DNA of 64,000 nt from Lingula anatina. Taxonomy: Eukaryota; Animalia; Brachiopoda. Shown piece after piece: positions 38,534 to 53,200 of this stretch; position 1 is the stretch's first letter; every line of letters starts with the position of its first letter. A program made the translations under genes and the position numbers. The notes below the pieces were generated by a model. The model was not told the origin of the DNA and did not search any database. It worked only from the letters and a program-made list of their open reading frames with translations. Location of the stretch: NCBI GenBank assembly GCA_051362555.1, contig CM120648.1, positions 7,560,587 through 7,624,586 of the forward strand, read 5' to 3'.

Positions 38534-39696
38534 TTAAGAATTTTTAAATAATAATAACAATAATAATAATGATAAAATACATAAAATAGTAATCACAAAT
38601 AAAATGATGGAGTAGAGGTAGATTTCACAGGCAGTTTAAACAAAAACGCCATAATTTAACTTACTGAGGGCAACGAGCTCCCTTTCCATGCTCTAATTTA
38701 AAAACTACAGGTCATGGTATATTTAGAATCACTTCTCAGAAGAGAAGATGGTACATAATGTTATAACCATTGAGAAACAGTTGTTTTTAAATTGGTTGCT
38801 TTTTTTTTTACACTATTTCCTAACTGAAAACAGACAAAGTATCAGTTTTGGTCAGAATGCAAAATTGGTTGCTTTTTTATTTTATTTCCAAATAATTAAA
38901 GACATAAAATATTAGTTTTGGTCAGAAAGCTTAGTATTTACTATAAACAACATGCAAAGGAAAACATTTGCTAGTAACATCTATTAACTTATTATGTATA
39001 TATCTGTATCTATATTTTTTTGCATTTCAAAGATTGGGTGTTTACTTGGTATATGTCCTCTCAAATATCACACCACAGATGTTAAAGGAAGGGCAGATTC
39101 TGGGAATACCATTATCATTAATAAATTAAGCTGATAATTAAGTTAACACTTTTATAATTACCCACATGCAGAACCACGTGCTAGCATAAGCCTGTGTGTA
39201 AGACTGTCTATAGCTGGCTTACGAGACATTCTAGGCAGTAAACCAGTTGTAGCCCACTAGACTCACATCTACTTAGATTAACAATTTTAATTATATCTCA
39301 GGAAATCAACAATGTTTGAATCACTTTTAATGCTAATAAAATATGAGCTTTCCTTTGTGGAGAAAAAGATGCCTGTAATGAATGCTTTCATCCACAAAGA
39401 TGGTGGTCTTTCCATATTTCTTGACAAAAAAATGTAGATGGCAGCACTGGACAATTTTGGGACAGGAATATGTCATGAACAGGGTCTTATAAAATTACAC
39501 TGATATTAGAAATTAACTGTTCTATTCCCTTTGCCAAAATACAAGTGGCTGGATAATTCCATCACAGAAAGCTTTATGCTAATCTCAATCTATAATGTAT
39601 TGTGACTGTAGCTTTGGTGACTACAGTCTAGGTTTGATCCTGTTTCAGTTGCAGTCATAATACTGCTGGATGTTGTCCTCAAAATCATGAGTTAAA

Positions 39697-42600
39697 TCAG
39701 CAGTCTTTTACAGGCAGAAGCTTCCTTTCCTTCACACATCCCCACACCCAGTCCTCTGACACAACATTACTGGCTGGATTCTCAACCTGTAAAATTATCT
39801 AGCAGTTAACAAAAACATAGGAAAAATTGCTTTTATCTTTAGAAAAAGTAGATCTGGTGCAAAAAATACCAACTAAGTCTCTCTTGCATAATATGTGGCA
39901 GTGTAAAATACAAATAAGTAACAGGCCAATGTTATAGATACCTTTTCATTCTTTCCTACTACAACATGAGTGGCTTGACTGCTATCATACTCTGGAACCA
40001 CATCTCCATCATATCTAGGTCAAGGTTAAGGTCAAAGAAACTTTCACAAATACGCAGCTGCCTCTTTTTTCCTTCAATTTTAAAGAAATGAACAATATTC
40101 TCCTTTCCCCTGTAATTAAAATTTGTAGAAAAAAGTAAAATTATCTATATTTGAATTTTTGTTTTTTAATGTCCATTCTTTCATGTTTATGGTTATTGAA
40201 TTTATCATAAATAAACCAGCAGGGATTTGGGGAACTGTTTCACAATTACAATTATAGTTAATTAAAAATGATATTGCTGCCAATTTACAAAATCTTGACT
40301 GACATCTAAAAGGATACGCTATGATGTATCGCTTGAGGTCCTTAAGTTTCTCAACATTGTTGGACAAGGAGAACTTTAAGCCTTTGAATATATCCAGTAG
40401 AATCTGAAATATAAAGGGCAGCTTTTCAATAAAGTCCCATTTAACTTAAGTTAACCCAGTCTTTACATTTATTTGTATCTGATATGTGCATGATGTACCT
40501 GATCATTTCACACCAGACTTTATCACAACCATACAAAAAGAAATCAAATGTGAGCGGTATCCAGATCTTACTGCCATTTTTGGCATCAGTCAGCATCCAT
40601 GTTTTTTTATACCCTTCAAACCCACTGATGAACAGATAAACCCACATTTTAAGAGTTTCATAATGATTTTGCTGCCATACACTGGATTGTGAGGCATTAT
40701 ATTAACTGTCTGAGAAATAATGAATAAATAAAAAAAAATGAAAAAAAAAAATTAACAGAAGTTACTAGATGCTTTCTCAATTATTCGACTCTGACATTCA
40801 TGTCACTTTACATTCTTTCAACTTAATAAGTTAACATTATCTAATTTATTACTTAGTTTACACATAAAACATCATCAATAAGGTTAGTTCCTATCATTAA
40901 GATTCTCTGTTTGTTGCTGACCTTCGACTTGATTGGACTTTTTATCTTCCTATCGGAAGGATGAGAAAACTGCTCCAAATGCTGTGGGTTTGTCTGGTAA
41001 CATTCAGCTCCATATTTGCAAGATGGTTTGTTCTAGAAATTATAACAGAAACAGCAGGTGTATAAAAAGATATACTGCAGATTGAATAATGGTTTTATGT
41101 GCTAGGTAAGTGCTTGTGATTACAATGATTTACAAAGATTTTTCAGCAGTAGTGAAAACAGGAACAAGAACCTTAATTGAGGATTCAGAAATTACCATAA
41201 AAATTGAAATAAAAATAGAAAAAAAAATTGTTAATAATGACATAAATAAAATATGAAGTCATCATCTTCAGAGATGTATTCAACACCAAAACTGGGCTTA
41301 GTCCACACAAATACCTCAAAGGAACTTACATTGCCATCATCTGAAGTCTTCAGCTTTTTAGTCGGTGTAACATCATTGTTTCTTTTAGCAGGTGAGGTTT
41401 TGCTGGGTGTCAACATGATTTGTTTTGATGGTGAAGGGTTGCCATAATGGTTATTGCTGTTGTCATCATCATCATCGTCATCATCGTCATCTTCATGTTT
41501 CCTTTTCTTCGGTGTGTTCTTCACAGGGGACTTACCACCCATCAGGCTGGACTCACCCAGGTCAGAGGTTTCTTTGGATGTTTTAAACAGGTGCTGAAAG
41601 AAAAAAAATTCAGTAAAAGTGAAGAATGGGACTATAGTCATTCTATATTGCAACCACATAAATCTGTAGGTCCGTTAAATCGGAGTAAATTGTAACCCTG
41701 TGTTTTCTTCCTAACTTAAGTTCTGAATCTATTCAAAACCACTCATAAGTGGCATCCTATTTCTTCAGTACCTTGAGTTCATCTAAATTGGTGGCTTCCC
41801 TCCATCCCTTGTCATCCCTGAACTTGGTGACCCGTGGAAATCGAATGGAGATCCCCGCTGCAGTGTGGACCTCTGCTTTAGAGAACTCTGCCCCTGTTAT
41901 TTCCCAGACTTGAGATTTCTAATTGAGGAAAAAAAAAAAAAAAAAAAACTCATCAAAGTATGCAAATAAATGTGTGTGTGAAGTACACAATGTTATGTAA
42001 TTAAAGGCGCAATGCTGAAAACATTCATCATAAGCTTAAAATTTACATATTATATCACTTTCTTGTACAAAACCCCACGCTATCCAAGAGATGGGAATAA
42101 TTTTTGTACAATTAATAATTTTTTGAGAACTGTCATATATTCAGTATTAAATTTTCAAAACATTTATTTGAAGGGAATCATCTACCAGGTTTTACCTTTG
42201 GATCTGCACACACAAAGTCAGGAACAACAGCCTTCTTCACATCTAACCAGTCAGGGACTTTGGCCTGATTTTTCCCAATTTTGACCATGTCCAGCTCTTT
42301 CTGCAACTGGTCAAGCTTTTTGTCATCCATGCCATTGCCACACTTGGTCACTGTGCACCATTTCTGGCGTCTAGGGTCCCAACAGCCCATTAAAAACACA
42401 GACATCAGACCTCCTGGAGGAGACACAGGGTAATATATGTAATAATGCGATCTGTCACCACTAACACAATAAAGTGATATTTCACAACTAATGCATCACT
42501 GTGATGTCACAACTAGCACGACACTGATATAATCACAAAAAAGAAAAAAAAATACTGTGACATCCCATCTTACCTAACATTGTGATGTCACATTTAACTC

Positions 42601-43289
42601 AACGCTCTGACACTCTAACACAGCATTGTTAAGTCTCATCTAACACAATACTGTGACATTACTTCTAAGACAATTCTCACTTGAAGATAAACCCCAGACT
42701 GGTGTTTGCCCAGGTGATTACACAACAAAAAGCAATTCATTCAAACAGTAGTGTAGGAATCTAAGATTGGGTTCCCATGCCCAGATCGATCCATCTGGAT
42801 CGGTCTAACTCCCTGGGAAGTCTCACTAAATTGCTGTCAACTTAACTGGCTTAAATGTCTGCCACGCCTACTGAATCAGCTAGGGGGTAAAGATAATTAC
42901 ATTTAAGCCTGTTAGGCTGATAGCAATTTAGTGAGACTCCCCAGGGAGATATCAATCCAAATATCTGTGGGAATGGTCCCTAAGTCTAGCATCCTACACT
43001 AGCAGATACCCACCTTGGACTTATAATCTTAAAACCATTCAGTGTTAAGTCTTCTTTGATTTAAATGAAAGAACTGACTTTAGTATGGAAAGTAGTGAGG
43101 TTACTGTACCTTTATTCCCAGACCCGTAATAGGCTCCCAGCACTACCAGATCTGCAGTGTCGGCCATTGCTCCCTCATTCAAATAATCTTTCTTCACTTT
43201 CAGCCAGTGGCGTTTACCGGGCTCATATATACTCTGAAATATAATTATTAAATAAATAATTAAGGGCACATCAGATATGTCGTTTGAAG

Positions 43290-43334
<45 letters not shown>

Positions 43335-44363
43335 GGTGTCCCCCCGATATGAACCCCGACAGTATATGCAGTGTATTATGCTATAATTTTATAATCTTGG
43401 TCTCGTCAAGTTATAATTATTATTTGTCAGTGTTGTTTTAAAAAGTATTTACATTTTTGGCAAATTACGCGTTACTGTCAATGTGATTACTAAATAAATT
43501 GAGAATTGGGCAATTTTACAATTTTTAATTGAGACAATTGCACTAGCAGTAATTCATTATTAAGAAACTCTTATCAAGAAATCAAAATGTGTATAAACTG
43601 AAAGACTGGGCCATGTTTTTATATGCAGGGTCAATGCTGTGCGATTTACATTACTGCAATCTAGTGAAGGATTGCACAAAATTATATCGGTAGTTTTTTC
43701 AAAGTAACAGCTGTGATCTGAGTTACTGTAAATCTTAACTTGTTGCCTCCTTCAGAGAATAAAGCTGAAGGTGTTAATACTGCAGCTGCTACATCCTGGT
43801 CTATGGTGCTAAATGAAGGGACTACAGTAATGATGATGAAGTATGTTTAAACATTTCACTGGATTTTTTTTTTTTTTTTTGGATATTACGTATCACACTG
43901 GTAATAACAAAGCTAAGTACTTCAATCTTTTAAAAAGCAAAGGCATGTCATCTTTAATGACTGATGTTTTCCAACTTCATTTTTGTTTTTATCAGTAGTT
44001 CAAAGTTATTCTTGAAATAAGATTGCAGCATTCATTTTCAGTATTGCTTTGTATTTTAAACCGAACAGTACATATAAATGTAAAGTGCATTGAAATGTTT
44101 AAAATGCAATGAGCCATGCTAGAAATAAATATTATTATTGTTGGATATATTTCTCTTTCCCAATCATATAAGCACTTACATTGATATCCTTCAGAACAAG
44201 CCCTTCCAAGCCTTCCTTAAAAACTTTCATCATTTCTTTTTTAAGATCTTCTGCTTTCTGAAAAACAGTTTATATCAGACAAATTTACCCAAGTTTATAA
44301 AAAAAATGACACACACACTTTATCTCAAAAGCAAATAACTTGCACGTGTGCACTGGATCACAG

Positions 44364-44398
<35 letters not shown>

Positions 44399-44953
44399 AG
44401 TCTTACTTGAATAAGTTACTGGTATAATTAATAATTGGATCACCACTAAAAACTAACTGTAGCCAAGTTGGCACATTTCTGACCTATCTTAAAAAAAATT
44501 AAGCAACATCTGTTTGTAACTTTGGAGTTAGGCCGTGAACTAACAAACTTACTAATGGGTAAAAACCTCAGAGGAGGCAACTAAACATACAATTTAGTAT
44601 CCCTTTACTAAAACAAACAACATAAGAGCTTCCTTTATTAGTTATTTTTCTGAGTATTTCAAAAGATGCAAACACCCCTTTTTTATTAAATAAAAATTGA
44701 CTGGCATAAAAAAAAAATAGATTTCAAACTTACATTAATGAACTTCATTTCGGAGAACATAATTCTGTTTGGAATTTCCTTCATATTGTCTCTTAGAAAC
44801 TTCCTTCTTTCCTTGATTGGTCTTTTAAAAAAAATTTAAAAGTTACATTCCTCAGTCAAATGAACTGTCATTTCAGTAAATAAAAATTATATATTAATCA
44901 AGTCATCAGTGCTGGCAAAAACGATAAAAATGACATGAATAATAAATGAATTG

Positions 44954-44993
<40 letters not shown>

Positions 44994-47900
44994 ATCAAAT
45001 TCCACATTGCTTATGACTGACTATAGCCATATAATATCTAGATCTTTTCATTTGTTTATTCTAAATATCCTCTATTTTAAGACTTATTGCATTATTAGAT
45101 AATATTAATATGTACGCAGAAATAATTTCTGTTGCAGAAATAAAATCTTCAAAAAATAAAATTCAATAAAAATCTTTAAATTTTCCCCCCAAATCACCTG
45201 TTCATAAGGTTCTCTCCATTGTAATGCAGACAGTCAAAAACAAACAGGCAAACATTGGCGTCTTTGAAAGCTGCTTTCTGGAACAGAAAATAGGCCAATT
45301 AGTACACATTATACGTTTCATGTTGCCAGGATATTACTTGGGTCCTGTTCTGTTCATTTTAAAACTGCTCAGCTTAAATACAATTTATAGGAATTCCAAT
45401 TATTGTTCTAATCACTCTGGCAGCTTCTTTTATTTTTACATGTAACCAGTTCTTGAAGAATTCCATGAGTCAACTATTTTATGCAATAAATCCATTCTAT
45501 TTTATTTAATCATTTCACAACCAGTTACTTACGATTTTTACCTTGTCAAATCAGGTAGTACAATTTGTAAAAAGAAAACCTTTAAAAATAAATAAAAGAC
45601 AGGTTTGTATTTTTGTTTTTACCTTGTGTACTCCAAGAGAACCAAAAGGAAGTGGTTTACTGGTGTTAGTGTCAATGAGCAGGACTTCACTGTCTAAAAT
45701 AAGATCATTGCCTCCTTCGAATGCTTTCGGGATGAAATCTTTGAAATGTGACACCTGCAAAAAATATGGCAAAACTTAAATTTACCTTAGCCACCATAAA
45801 TTACTTATGCTACAAATTGATAATGCATACTGTAAAAAAAAAAAAAAAAAAAAAAAAAAACCAACATTTTCATTAGTGGGTGACTAAGTAAATACTTCTA
45901 ATGACAAAGAAGACTTAGTTCTCAATTCTGAAATCCTGAGCAATCACACAAATTAACTTTGCATATTTTTCTTCTGGACTTTGATCCCCACTTTATAGCA
46001 ATAACAGTGACTCTAAACAGCCCCTGTTGTAAAATCATCAAGACCCAATTCTACACCCATTTTTCAGGGTGGATATCAAACCTTATGAGGTAGAACTGGC
46101 TTGAGGCTTCTACTGTAGTAGTGAAACTTGTCCCCTTGCTTATGGACCTGTACCCTCTCTCCGTCGTATTTAATCTCAGCATACATCCCATTGGGGCACT
46201 TCTTCATTGCTGAAGCCACCGATTTGCAGGCTTCTGCCTGAAAAGAGACATACATACAAAAATATCGCTGATAGTTTTTAAGAGCTTCAATATTGTGTAG
46301 AAAGAAAACAAGTTTTAACTTATGATCATAACTGATAGTTTCCTTTTGCTGGAATTTGTAACACAGAGAGACAGAAATAGCACTGAATGTTGTTTTATAA
46401 AAGAGCACACCTAAACCACACCATTCATTTTGCAAAGATTTGTAACAAACAATATATACTACTGAACTACATCCATCCAGGTTACTATTGAAATTAGCTC
46501 TACTTCCGCAAGCTGAATAATATTTAACCACCATAGCTAGAGCCAGGTACTATGTGAATGATTTTGCAAAAACTAAGTGAAATTGAGAAAGATGATAACA
46601 TGCTGTGCTTTAGAAATATTCCATATTTTCTAGAAAGATTGTATGTGCATGGACAAAGTGCCTACCAGCATGGGCAATACAGGAGTCATCAAAGAGGCCT
46701 TGATGCTCAATTTCTTTGACATCCCAGGCTTTCTGCCATTTTCTGCCTTGTTCGCCATCACCCTGTCTACCACGTCCTTCAGGTTACGGGAAGCTTGGAA
46801 TGCTGGGTAGGCATGTTCGTCTAAACCATCCAGGCTATAAATAGGATTGTGAAATAAAAAGAGAGCTTACTGACCAAATACTGCTGAATTTCAATATAAA
46901 GACACATCTACGAGATTGATAAAGGTTACTGCTGAATTTCAATATTATGACACAAAAGAGAGAGAGATAGCTATAGAGGGAAAGGGGTCATGAAATCAAT
47001 GAACAGAACTGCTGAATTTCAATACTAAGACAAGAGAGAGAGAGAGAGAGAGAGAGAGCAAAGAGACAGAGCATAATTAATAATTACATGTGTTTTGCAC
47101 CAGCATTAATGCGTAGGTCGTGTTTCACAAGTCGCACCACCATCTTCAAGTCATTGGCTGTACATCTGTAATACAACAACATGAACATGTGTCAAAATAT
47201 GATGAACTTTAACTCACAACTTTGTTTTGCTGAGTAACTCCAACTGAAACAGCATAAGAACTGTTTGAAGAGCAATAACTCTAGTACAGATTTTGAATTT
47301 ATACTCAATTTAATGGAAATTCACTTTTTCACTTCTCGTTAAAAGTTTGCCAAAGCACACCCATTAATCAAACTGAATTTATATTATGTTTGACCAACAA
47401 AACCAGTTTATTTTTTCCTACTTTTTAGCAATCTTTGTAAGAGCCCTTTGCTGGTCTTCCTCTCTTGTGTAGAGTGTCAGTTCATCCAGAAATGCATCCA
47501 CCTGAAATATGACGTTATGTTGGTGTGACTTAGGAAATGTCGAGGGTGCCTTACAAAATGTGTTAGTTGTGACTTAGTGAATATGTTGGGTGAAACAACA
47601 TGGAAACTGGATCTGAATGTGTCATAAACTCATAATAAACATAATAATCTAAGATGTACCAATCAGTTGATACTAGATACACATAATATCAAGCACTAAA
47701 AAATAATTTCATCTTTATTATGAAAGATTTATAAGGGAAGAGTACACAACAGTAACAATAATTTTGAATAAAGTTGTTGCCGTCTCTGATGATAAAACCG
47801 ACCTCCTGTAGCGAGAGAGTACTTTTCTTCTGAGGAGGAAGCTTGATGCTCTTCTCAAAGAACTCCTTTATGGTATCTGCCACATCTCCTCCCTGAAAAA

Positions 47901-50240
47901 TAAACATGGAAAGCAACATAAATAATTGATTACCTCCAACAAAAAGGTTATGTTTTCGCTTTTGTTGGTTTGTAAGTTAATAGCCTAACTCGAAAATAAA
48001 GCTATAGAAGGATACCGATAAAATTTTCAGACATGGGCAGAACATGGCCAATTTGAACTTACATATTTTGGTGCTGACCCATTAAATAATTATTATCAAA
48101 ATTGGGCTGTCTTGGCAGGGTTTTTGTACAGTCTTAAAGTTTTTCTGGTCAGGTATAAATAAATGACAAATTTTCCACAAACATCTCATCTGAATCATAA
48201 TCAAATTAAAGCTGAATTCTATCTTAATTATTATCATGTTATCAATGCCACATGTAATGAGGTTTCTTACAAGGATTGACTAAAAACACTTATAAAAAAT
48301 CATGCTATCGCATTTAAGAACTTTTCTACTTAACTTATGTAGATAAAAACCAATACTTTAAGAGGTTCATTTCATAAAACTCTGCATAAACCAATAATAA
48401 GATGATCAGTAAATAAAAGTGTATATCTAAAACAAAACTTACTGCTTCAAAGAAAATATGCAAAAGGAAAGCATCATCAGACTACATAAAAAAATTTAAC
48501 TTGTAATGTCACATCTTTTGTCCCATCTCCTTACCTGATCAAAATGGTCTGACATTTCGTCCTGATCTTCTCCAAATGCCTGAAACAATATTTTAGAGAT
48601 AAAACATCCACATCCACATTTTAAACATTTATGGACAGCTATGAGCTATAGAGTAGTATGGCATGGCTTTGTGAATTTGATAATGTCATGAAGGGGGGGG
48701 GGGGGGGGGTCAGGGCAAGTTTACTCTTTGCAGACTTGTGAAAATGAAGATAAAAATGGATAACCCATCAGAAACAGCTTTAAAAAAATATGCACACTGC
48801 TGTTGTTATTGTCAAGTCCAAATGTTGCTCACCTGACTGTAAAGTTTAATCAGTTGTTTGTTGTTGATGTTGTAGACACGCTTTACGAATCCAGGCAGCA
48901 ATAATTTCATGGTGAGATAAAGACTGCCAGCAAATCCATCTGCAGTGAAATTAAAAATCACACCTGATCACAAAACTGATAGGACAGTTTTTATTATGAA
49001 GTCATACAATAAAAACATTCACTTTCTTGTGTACAAGAGAATCATATTGGTAAGGACACATCTTTTGCGAAGAATGCATGTCCTTACACTTGTGTAAAAA
49101 CTTCAAAATCATTAGACATGTAGAAATAGTACCAATAACATTATATCTAGTACAACAACAAAAAGTTAAGTTCTGAAATGTATTCCACAAGATGTCACAT
49201 TTGTACAAATTACTGCCAGAAAAATTATTAACTTTATGTTTTGAAAAAAAAAAAAAAAAGGTTCTAATATCCTATAACTTCACTTTTACCAACAATCTTT
49301 AAGTATACTAGTAATTGAAATAAACATGAAAAATATATTTATGGTGTGCTCTACCTCCACTGCTTCCTTTTGTAATAAATTTATGAACAATGGCAGTTTT
49401 CCCATTGTAGCTGGCCTCTTCTGCAATCTCGGCACAAAGGCAACGAAACTGGCGGAAAGAGTTATCTTTTTCAGCCTCCTTGCTAAAACTTGCTCCACTG
49501 TAACCGGATGTACTTGGCTTTTCATCATCATTATCTGTTGATAATGATAATAATAATAATAGTAATAATATTTTTTTTAAACCAGCTCTGTTTTAAAAGA
49601 GAGTTATTTTTTTATTCATTTCAAACATCTCAATTATTCAATTGCTTTTTTAAGTTCAATTATTTATTTAACATACTTTTGAACATGATGCATCCAGGCT
49701 GCTTTTCAGATCTTTTAGATCATCTTACTAGAATTCAGGTACAAGTAACCAATCAACATTCTAAAGCATGTCATGGCTGTTATCAGTGTTTTGTATCATA
49801 TTAACCAGTTTCCTGTCTCTTCCTTTAATACTTTGTTATAAAAAGTTATTAAGAAGTTCACATGGATAAGATATAATAAGATCTCCCTATAGACTATGCA
49901 CATAAGGAATTATATTAATACATGCCTGCATGTTTTATATTTCCATTTGTAGCGTCTTTTTTCTCTGGAGTCTTCAAGTTTGTGAAGTCAATCTTTGCTT
50001 GTTTCATGGCTTTCTTCTTGGCTGGTGATAACTTGGAGTCCAAATCTATAATGCATAGTGTTATGGTGCGATAAATCCAATTTGTATTCATATTGCATTT
50101 TGCTGAAAGTTCAGTCACAATGTATCTAAACCAAGATTATTTGAGCATACATAAACACCTATTCTAGAAAATGCTCCTATACACACACACACACACACAC
50201 ATACCAAAAAAAAAAAAAAAAAAAAATAATAATAATAAAA

Positions 50241-50279
<39 letters not shown>

Positions 50280-53200
50280 ACAAGGCAGCAAAGCTGTCAA
50301 ATGTACAGACAAAAAACAGGAAATAACTATGCACAAAATAGGCTACTGTCAATTCTGATGCAAAAATACATTATGTTAAACTGCAAATTCAACATCAAAT
50401 TTTAATTATCCTCAACAGGTAATACCAATGTAATTAAAATATGTGACAAGTTTACACTTTGAAAATGTATAACTTCTAGAAAAAGAAGTCAATTAGACTG
50501 CTTTTCCAACTCAGACTGCATTTTAGTCCTGTATTTCTTTTTTGAAAGTTTGGCAATCATAAGTAACATGGTTTTCACATAATGGTATTCATGGCAGCAG
50601 CACCCAAAATTGTGTTTTCTTTTATTCTGATGCCATATTACATAATGGTTAACAGCATAATGACCGTCAATTTTTAATAATAAAATATAAGTATCATGGA
50701 TTTTCAGAAAATGTGACTAGCATGGGTCTTCAAGCCCGTGGAACTTCAAAGTCACACCTTGAAAATGCCAAAATGTAAACGAGACAGCACTGTTCTGAAA
50801 TTATTTTTTTTCCATTTTTAACAATTTTTAACATAAAACAAAATTAACAGTTTTCTGCCGTTTTTATATGATCAACTAAGAAAATTGATGAGATGGGAAA
50901 AATATCAACAGAGCAGTGTTAAATGTCCAATTTCTTCCATTCTGAGATTCTGAACATAGTGAATGATTGAATCTGACAAACTGCAATGATATGGGTTTAT
51001 TTCCATTTTTGAAACTTTATTACACAATACACAATAACAAGTTTACCATCATTTTTACATAATCAACTAATAATGTTGTAAAGATGCAGGAAATGCCAAA
51101 CAAACACTTTTACGTATCTTATTAGTTCAATAATGAAACTGTTTACATGCCTAAGAATTGAATCTGAGGAAATGTGAAAAAACTGCATTTTTTTTAAATA
51201 ATGGCCTGATTATGCTGATTTTTTAACTCAACCTGCGTTTTAGCAGGAATGACCACTCCTGTAAGTTTAATGACAATTGGCCTATCTGTTTTTCTTATAT
51301 TGTGTTTACAGTGTTGCATATATGCTGAAAAGTGAAAAAAAAAGCATAACTACTAAAATAGTGGCCTGATCCTGCCGATTTTCGAACTTGACCTGCATTT
51401 TATGAATATTCATCAGCTCTGTAAATATACAGCCAAAAAGTAAAACTTTCTTCCACTTATCGTGTTTACAATGAAAGTGCACAGCCCTGGCGACAGCGAC
51501 AGTGATGGCAACGACGGCGACGACAGACGCAGGTGATGGCCATATGTACAGACACGTCTGTACATATAAACTGTACTGTTTGAGAACAATAAGTGACATG
51601 GTTTTTCTTAAATGGTCATCATGGGAGCAGTGCCCAAAATAGTTTTTTTTCAAATTTTGATGCAATTTTACATAATGTTTAACAGCATAATGACCATCAA
51701 TTTTTAATAATAAAATATTAGTATCATGGACAAACAGAAAACGTGACTAACAAAGGTTTTTAGGCCGATGGAACTTCAAAGTCACACCTTAAAAATGCCA
51801 AAATGTAAACAAGACTGCACTGTTCTGAAATGGGTTTATTTCCATTTTTAACACTTTTTTAACATAAAACAAAATTAATAGGATACTGCCATTTTTTATA
51901 TGATCAACTAAGAAAATTGATGAGATGTGAAAAATATCAATAGAACAGTGTTAAATGTCCAATTTCTTCCATTCTGAGATTCTGAACATACTGAATTATT
52001 GAATATGACAAACTGCAATGATATGAGTTTATTTCCATTTTTGACACTTAATTACACAATACACGATAACAAGTTTACCATCATTTTTACATAATCAACT
52101 AACAATGTTGTAAAGATGCAGGAAATGTCAAACAAACACTTTTACGTATCTTATTAGTTCAATAATGAGACTGTTAACATGCCTAAGAATTGAATCTGTA
52201 GAAATGTGAAACAAGACAGCACTGTTCTGAAATGGTTTTTTTCCCATTTTTAACAATTTTTTTACACAAAACGAAATTAACAGTTTACTGCCATTTTTAT
52301 AAAATCAACTAAGAAAATTGTTGAGATGGGAAAAATATCAGTAGAATAGTGTAAAATGTCCAATTTCTTCCATTCTGAGATTCTGAACATACTGAATTAT
52401 TGAATATGACAAACTGCAATGATATGAGTTTATTTCCATTTTTGACACTTTATTACACAATACACGATAACAAGTTTACCATCATTTTTACATAATCAAA
52501 TAACAATGTTGTAAAGATGCAGGAAATGTCAAACAAACACTTTTACGTATCTTATTAGTTAAATAATAAGACTGTTAACATGCCTAAGAACTGAATCTGA
52601 GGAAATGTGAAAAAACTGCATTTTTTTTAAATAATGGCCTGATTATGCTGATTTTTTAACTCAACCTGCGTTTTAGCAGGAATGACCACTCCTGTAAGTT
52701 TAATGACAATTGGCCTATCTGTTTTTCTTATATTGTGTTTACAGTGTTGCATATATGCTGAAAAGTGAAAAAAAAAGCATAACTACTAAAATAGTGGCCT
52801 GATCCTGCCGATTTTCGAACTTGACCTGCATTTTATGAATATTCATCAGCTCTGTAAATATACAGCCAAAAAGTAAAACTTTCTTCCACTTATCGTGTTT
52901 ACAATGAAAGTGCACAGCCCTGGCGACAGCGACAGTGATGGCAACGACGGCGACGACAGACGCAGGTGATGGCCATATGTACAGACACGTCTGTACATAT
53001 AAACTGTACTGTTTGAGAACAATAAGTGACATGGTTTTTCTTAAATGGTCATCATGGGAGCAGTGCCCAAAATAGTTTTTTTTCAAATTTTGATGCAATT
53101 TTACATAATGTTTAACAGCATAATGACCATCAATTTTTAATAATAAAATATTAGTATCATGGACAAACAGAAAACGTGACTAACAAAGGTTTTTAGGCCG

